DNA of 14,062 nucleotides, from the NCBI GenBank assembly GCA_043228905.1, contig JBHGNT010000902.1, positions 1 through 14,062 on the forward strand, given 5' to 3'. Position 1 is the first letter of the stretch; the number at the start of each line of letters is the position of its first letter. Under the pieces are notes generated by a model. It was given only the letters and a program-made list of their open reading frames with translations. It searched no databases and was not told where the DNA came from. Shown here piece after piece: positions 8,958-14,062 of this stretch. Both the position numbers and the translations under genes were made by a program. The stretch is from Azolla caroliniana. Taxonomy: Eukaryota; Plantae; Polypodiophyta.

Positions 8958-9350
8958 TATTGGGGCTTGTCCACTCAAGTGGAGCCCACAACATGGAGCC
9001 GGATAAGAGCCGAAGGGCTGATTGAGAGTCGGTTGTGTGTCAACTAAGAGAGAAAAACAGAAAACAAAAGAGTGAGAGCACGAGGAAGAGTGTTCTACCT
9101 AAGTGGAGACAGAGACCTACGAGGGGTTGTTTGTGTTATCAGAGAACCATGATTGAACAACACCCATCCTGTCTACTTGCATCAGGTTTCTTCGTTCCGT
9201 GTTTTTCTTGTTTCCATTTTTGCTAGTTTTTCCATCCACCTAGTTGGGTGAGGAATTGTAATCAAGGCCGTTGCCTTAGCACATACATCCCTCTAGTCAA
9301 AACTAGAGAGGTTGTATTCAGTTGTACTAAGGAAAATAGTGAATTTGTTT
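8958..9350 (+). repeat. Copia 5' LTR (partial)
   Basis: 8958-9042 matches 11359-11443 (initial TG reads TA); 9048-9077 matches 11750-11779 exactly. Ends shortly after ATAGTGAA (~9337) at a deletion junction; right boundary approximate. Confidence 0.8.
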
Positions 9351-11342
9351 CGAAGGAGATACGGAGGAGTATGATGATACAAGTGATGATGCAGCCGATG
9401 ATGATGATGGGCAGAATCATGATCATCATACTCTAGGTGACCAGCTTGATGAAATTTCAACAGCTCCTCCAAAAGAGGAAGAGGAATAGGTTGGAAGGTC
9501 TATGAGACAAAGATGACCTTCTACCAGATACAACCCACATGAATATGTGATGCTTTCAAATGGAGGAGAGCCAGAAACCTTTAGAGAAGCTATGGCAAAT
9601 GATCATAACGAGGAATTGTTTGAGGTCATGAATGATGAGATGAGGTCTTTGCAAGACAATCATACTTATGATGTGGTAAAGTTGCCAAAGGTAAAGAGCG
9701 CTGAAAAACGGATGGATTTATGGGCTAAAGACTGAGGAACATTGCTCACAGTCAAGATACAAGGCAAGACTGTTTGTGATGGGGTTCAACCAAAAAAAGG
9801 GAATTGATTTTGAGGAGATTTTCTCACCAGTGTTGAAGATGTCCTCGATCAGAGTTGTACTTGGGATTGTAGCCAGTCTCGATCTAGAAGTCGAGCAACT
9901 CAATGTAAAAACTACCTTCCTCCATGGTGATTTGGAGGAAGAGATTTACATGGATCAACCCGAAGGGTTTGGAGTCAAAGGTAAGGAAAACCTGGTATGT
10001 AGGTTAAAGAAGAGCTTGTATGGCCTAAAACAAGCTCCTAGACTTTGGTATAAAAAGTTTGACTCCTTTATGTTGAACCATGGGTATAATAGAACAAACA
10101 CAAACCATTGCGTGTTTGTTAAGAAATTCTCAGATGGGGATTTTGTCATTCTACCCTTGTATGTTGACAATATGTTGATCGTTGGTCAAGACACCAACAA
10201 GATTGAGAAGCTAAAAAAGGAACTCAGCAAATCTTTTGCCATGAAAGGCTTGGGACCAGCCAATCAAATCCTTGGGATGAAGATAACCAGGGACAGGGCA
10301 AGCAAAAGATTGTGGTTGTCTCAAGAAAAGTACATTGAGAAGGATTCAACATGGCTAAGAGTAAGCCGATCAACACTCCACTCGCGGGCCATTTTAAACT
10401 CAGCTCAGCTCAGTGCCCTACGAGTGACAAAGAGTAAGAAGGAATGAAACAAATACCATATGCCTCTGCAGTCGATAGTTTAATGTATCAACCAGATCCG
10501 GATCGGCTGAATAAGCCTGAGCCGGATCGGTGAGCCGGTGAGCTGGGAAGCCGGTTAGCCGGATCCATCAGTAACCGGAAGCCTAGTAGCAGCCTAGACT
10601 ACTAGGTAGTTAATGTCTCATAGTTAGTGTCAGACGCTTGTGTGAGCATTGAAGTACATCGTACTTCTGTCAGTCCGCATGGACTTGTATAAAAGTGTTT
10701 ACTAAACACATATAATGTACAGATTGAGTATTATTTTTGAATTAGATTTCTGTGTGCTTGCAGTTGGTGTCATAAGCCATTTTCTCTTGAACTGGAAAAG
10801 ATCATTGGGAAGCAGTGAAACGGATCCTGCGATATCTGAGGGGTACCTCAAGAGTTTGTCTAAAATTTGGTGAGAACCAAACTATATTAGATGGATATAA
10901 AGATGCCGATATGGCTGGTGATATTGACTCCAAAATGTCTACATCAGGGTATCTAATGATCTTTGTAGAGGGAGCAGTCTCTTGGCAGTTGAGACTCCAA
11001 AAATGTGTGGCATTATCCACAATGGAGGCTGAGTATATTGTTGCCACAAAAGCTAGTAAGGAATTCCTATGGCTAAAGAAATTCCTACAAGAGTTGGGGC
11101 TGATCCAAGAAAGGTACATTTTATATTGTGATGGCTGATCCAAGAATTCTTCTTTTCACTCTAAGTCAAAACACATTGATGTTAGATACCATTGGATTAG
11201 AGATGTGCTTGAAGAAAAGAAAATGCACATTGAGAAGATACATACCAATGAGAATGGCTCTGACATGATGACAAAAAGTTTGTCAAGATAGAAGCTTGAA
11301 GTTTGCAAACAAAAGGCAAACTCAGTTGTGCCACCCACTTGA
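9351..11342 (+). pseudogene. pol: Copia pol remnant: integrase-RT linker, RT, RNase H; many stops and frameshifts
   Basis: RS.RQR*PSTRYNPHEYV..EPETFREAM; RYKARL; QKKGIDFEEIFSPV; QLNVKTTFLHGDLEEEIYMDQPEGF; LKKSLYGLKQAPR; YVDNML; PYASAVDSLMY; ADMAGD..STSGY; STMEAEY; KHIDVRYHWIRD. Terminal TGA at 11340-11342. Confidence 0.93.
10489..10758. other. Foreign ~270-bp hairpin-rich insert replacing ~11 codons of copia RT
   Basis: pol stops after ...SLMY (10488) and resumes at AVGVISHFL (10760). The expected AMVCTRPDIAH-like segment is absent and no TSD is seen. Confidence 0.8.
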
Positions 11343-11345
11343 GAT

Positions 11346-11357
11346 GGAGGGGGAGAA
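11346..11357 (+). promoter_or_regulatory. Polypurine tract of copia element
   Basis: GGAGGGGGAGAA lies between the pol stop and the LTR start TGTTGGG. Confidence 0.9.
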
Positions 11358-11358
11358 T

Positions 11359-11526
11359 TGTTGGGGCTTGTCAACTCAAGTGGAGCCCACAACATGGAGC
11401 CAGTTGAGAGCCGAAGGGCTGATTGAGAGTCGGTTGTGTGTCAGCAGTCGACTGAGCATATGACTGATTTGGAGTCAGTTGAGCATATAATTGGCTTAGG
11501 GCCAAAAAGGAGAAAAGTTATAATTA

Positions 11527-11562
<36 letters not shown>

Positions 11563-11611
11563 TGTATGCATGTATGCCCTTTTCTTTCATATGTTTTTTT
11601 TGTGTGTGTGT

Positions 11612-11647
<36 letters not shown>

Positions 11648-11779
11648 CACAAGTATATAGACGTTGGACTACAAGGAGAAACACAGAAAAAGAGGAGAAA
11701 ACAAAGCGCAGTCCAATTTTCTAAGAACACAGAGTAAAAACAGAAAATTGAGAGAAAAACAGAAAACAAAAGAGTGAGA
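11359..11779 (+). repeat. Copia 3' LTR (5' part; interrupted by a LINE)
   Basis: Begins TGTTG right after the PPT and is homologous to 8958-9077. Confidence 0.88.
11525..11645. repeat. Compound microsatellite (TA)n, (TATG)9, (TG)5, (TG)15 inside the 3' LTR
   Basis: (TATG)9 at 11533-11568, (TG)5 at 11601-11610, (TG)15 at 11616-11645. Confidence 0.95.
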
Positions 11780-11981
11780 AAGAAAGAAAGAAAGAATATT
11801 AACATCTTCTAAGGCCAAAATTGGCCCATGAGACAATTGGTTCACAACAAAATGAGTATTTATCCAATCATCATAACTAAAATAAAATAAAGTAAAAATA
11901 GAACTTAAGCTAAAAGAGTTCTAGTCGTGTACAAAACATGGTATACTCGATAAAGGAAGTGACTTTACACTAAGCCTAATT

Positions 11982-13454
11982 TTATTTCCACCCAAGCCTC
12001 TCGAAAAGAAGTGAGAGGTCAAAGGGTTTTGGTGTGGGTGTGATCCATGGTCCCAATGTAGAGAGTGTCCTAGCCATGGTTTCTAGGCGATGTAGCTCAC
12101 GTTCCCTTATTTTCATTATTGCTTCTGCACCACGTCAAGTTGCTTTGAAACCCGACACCCGAGGACGTCTGGTTCTTCGTTGGTTTTCTGCCTCATCAAG
12201 GGAAAGGCCGAGTGGTGCAGGAGTGTCGACATTCATTGTCTCCCCCTGTTCCTGAAAAACTTCTTTTGTTACATGTTGGTGAACATTAGCAACATTATTG
12301 TCAACATTTTGTAACTTATTCTCTCTGTGTTGTTTTAGTTCTAGAATGTATTTGCCTAATTTCTTTATATCTAGAGTATCTAATAGTTTGGGGAGGGTGG
12401 GAGAGGAACCAAGTATGTCTTGGTATTTTGCCCTTATCTCGGCATAGGTTGGACACTTGCATGTAAAGTGATACTCATCCTCCATCTCTATGTGGCATAA
12501 CCTACATATCCTTTCCTCCCTGGGGACTCCATTAGTACAACCACTCTCAATCTCAAGTTGGTGAGATGATATTCTAAGTTGTCCAATGGCAACCCTTAGT
12601 GCATGTGGTAAGAATACATCTAGATATTTTGGCCGCATGATAAAACCTAACATAGAGAAGTGCATGAAGTGTTCCTTATAATACAACATTTTAGATGGGA
12701 GTGGCTCTAGTGGGGTGATCCATTTATACCAAGTGTAAATTTTCCATATTTCTTGGCTTATTACTTTATTGCGGTCCTCATGAGAGATTAAAGTGTTATT
12801 AATCGTGTGGTTGTACCTAAGGGGAGGTAGGTTATTACTTTATAGACCGTTCACAAGAAGCCAACTCACCATCATGCCATACCATGAGCTAGTATAGCCG
12901 GACTCATATAGTGATCGAGAGGCCTTAAAGGCTTGATAAGATATTCTATCATGTGGTTGGCTATGTATCCTGTGAATAAAGACTACAAGTTGGAAAAGTG
13001 TTTCTACTAACATTGGGGGTAAAGTGAACTCAGTCTGAAAAATGTCATGTGGTATTGTCGATTTGCTTCGGAGTTGGCGTGATAACATCATCACCAATGG
13101 TCTCTCTAATTGTATCCACATGAAAGATGGTAATCCTGGAGCCCAAACTACTAATGCATACATGAGGGAGGGGGTCACTAATGAGTCAAAGAGCCACCCT
13201 TTAGTCCGTGGCTCTTGAAAGTGTGCTTGGTGGCATTGTCTCTCTAGGAGTGAGAGGGATGCATGTCCTCTCGTAAGTCTATCCTTCGTTGTCTATGTCA
13301 TCGAAAATTTACCTGAGCGGGCACTGAAAGTGACTCCAAGATAGACATATGATCCAACCACCTCAACTGGGCTATGGGAGATAGTTAGGTGACACTTAGC
13401 TCTAACTTGGGCCGATGTGTGGAAGATAAGGACTGTAGTTTTCCCTAGATTCAC
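11982..13454 (-). pseudogene. LINE ORF2 remnant: RT thumb + C-terminal CCHC zinc finger, in one frame with in-frame stops
   Basis: VNLGKTTVLIFHTS...VEVVGSYVYLGVTF...MT*...GWLFDSLVTPSLMYA joins ORFs 12840..13178 and 12135..12689 in one frame. Past the TGA at 12135 it continues to ...LLFERLGWK* (11982). Confidence 0.85.
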
Positions 13455-13456
13455 TA

Positions 13457-13582
13457 TCGTGGGAGTCCTCTATTTGGGCTTTGGTGTGTTTCTACCAAGA
13501 AAAGTATATTTGATACCTTTAATATCTCCTCGAAGTGGCCGGGGTGTGTCCAAAGTGTGTTGTTACAATTCCATAAGGTCAT
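13457..13582 (-). pseudogene. LINE ORF2 endonuclease N-terminal fragment (42 aa)
   Basis: MTLWNCNNTLWTHPGHFEEILKVSNILFLVETHQSPNRGLPR contains APE motif I (WN) and motif II (ILFLVET). Confidence 0.72.
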
Positions 13583-13618
13583 CCTAAGTGTATTTTTTGT
13601 CACATGGGCCGCACATCG

Positions 13619-13711
13619 TCAATTAGTAGTGCGATCATTTATGATCACTCACCCGTCTCGATAAAAGGCGTGATGCCCTTCTTTACGAGCTTGCATAACT
13701 CATGGCATACA
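13619..13711 (-). pseudogene. Probable LINE ORF1 C-terminal fragment
   Basis: CMP*VMQARKEGHHAFYRDG*VIINDRTTN* resembles the ARxxGxxA...xxII C-terminus of LINE ORF1 proteins. Both internal TGAs fit CGA>TGA decay, and it sits just upstream of the APE start. Confidence 0.55.
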
Positions 13712-13719
13712 ACTCTAAC

Positions 13720-14062
13720 AGGAACTTCACGTTCCCTATGCGCAACGCTTGGCCACAACCGAGTTTAGAATCAAACACAGAAAAAAAACGGGAATGAAGG
13801 CACGACACAGTAGAGAGAAGAGTAGACAGGATGTTTACGTGGAAAACCCAAACTAGGGAAAAACCACGGCAACCCACAAGCTGCAAACTATCACTATGTT
13901 ACAATGTACAATAGTAAAGCACCGAGGCAACAACCTCAAGCTTGCTATCTTCGCCACAAGCGGCGGTTACAACAGAGGCAACGACCTCTTCCTCTCTCTC
14001 TCTCTCTCTGTACACTGTTATGCTCTCAAATCTTGCACCAACAAGAATGGCAACAACTTATT
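13720..14062 (-). mobile_element. Partial LTR (R/U5 side) of another copia-type element
   Basis: The - strand reads ATAGTGA...CCGTGGTTTTTCCCTAGTTTGGGTTTTCCACGTAAA (13897-13834), a motif typical of Tnt1/Tork-like LTRs. Left boundary uncertain (13715-13740); runs off the window. Confidence 0.65.
13992..14009. repeat. (CT)9 microsatellite
   Basis: Read directly. Confidence 0.8.

Larger units (their letters stand above)
8958..11779 (+). mobile_element. Degenerate, internally deleted Ty1/copia LTR retrotransposon (Tnt1/Tork-like)
   Basis: Two LTR starts (8958 and 11359; 80/85 identical), RT-RNase H remnant, PPT. No PBS, gag, protease or integrase core seen. The 3' LTR is interrupted at 11779. 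Confidence 0.92.
11777..13715 (-). mobile_element. Degenerate, internally deleted two-ORF LINE, RTE-X-like
   Basis: (TTCT)5 tail at 11777-11796, 3' stem-loop, ORF2 C-terminus LRISSHQLEIESG...RICRLC...EDEYHFTCKC, RT thumb VNLGKT...YVYLG, APE N-terminus, ORF1-like C-terminus. Clade assigned from motif pattern; 5' boundary approximate. Confidence 0.82.

Noticed and set aside
10485-10763. Insert as a spliceosomal intron (GT...TGCTTGCAG)
   Set aside because: Weak donor; splicing would not restore the missing conserved codons, and the acceptor overlaps normal pol sequence.
11436-11805. ORFs with HTHT/VCVC/YVCM repeats
   Set aside because: Translations of microsatellites.
9165-13833. 13-bp inverted match CATCCTGTCTACT (9165-9177 vs 13821-13833)
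   Set aside because: A match of this length can arise by chance in 14 kb, and the context order differs, so it cannot show the two LTRs are one family.
1-14062. CRISPR array, retron/DGR or other prokaryotic RT system
   Set aside because: No repeat-spacer array; the RTs have eukaryotic LINE and copia architecture.

Overview
Eukaryotic, land-plant-like intergenic DNA made almost entirely of retrotransposons; no host gene could be supported. From left to right: (1) a 325-bp 5'-truncated L1-type LINE (- strand, 821-1145) with an 18-bp TSD, missed by the ORF track; (2) a 315-bp tandem duplication (1724-2038, and 2039-2164 + 8625-8813); (3) an apparently full-length ~6.44-kb L1/Tx1-type LINE (- strand, 2163-8607, 15-17-bp TSD, poly(A) tail) inside the second copy. 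It has a repeated-monomer 5' UTR, an ORF1 with a CCHC knuckle and two premature TAGs, an ATGA stop/start overlap, and an APE-RT-zinc finger ORF2 with one frameshift and no recognisable RNase H; (4) a degenerate, internally deleted Tnt1/Tork-like Ty1/copia element (+ strand, 8958-11779) carrying a hairpin-dense ~270-bp foreign insert in RT; (5) an RTE-X-like LINE (- strand, ~11777-13715) inserted into the copia 3' LTR, with the endonuclease N-terminus joined directly to the RT thumb; (6) part of another copia-type LTR (- strand) at the window end. All family assignments are by motif recognition by eye, not database search.
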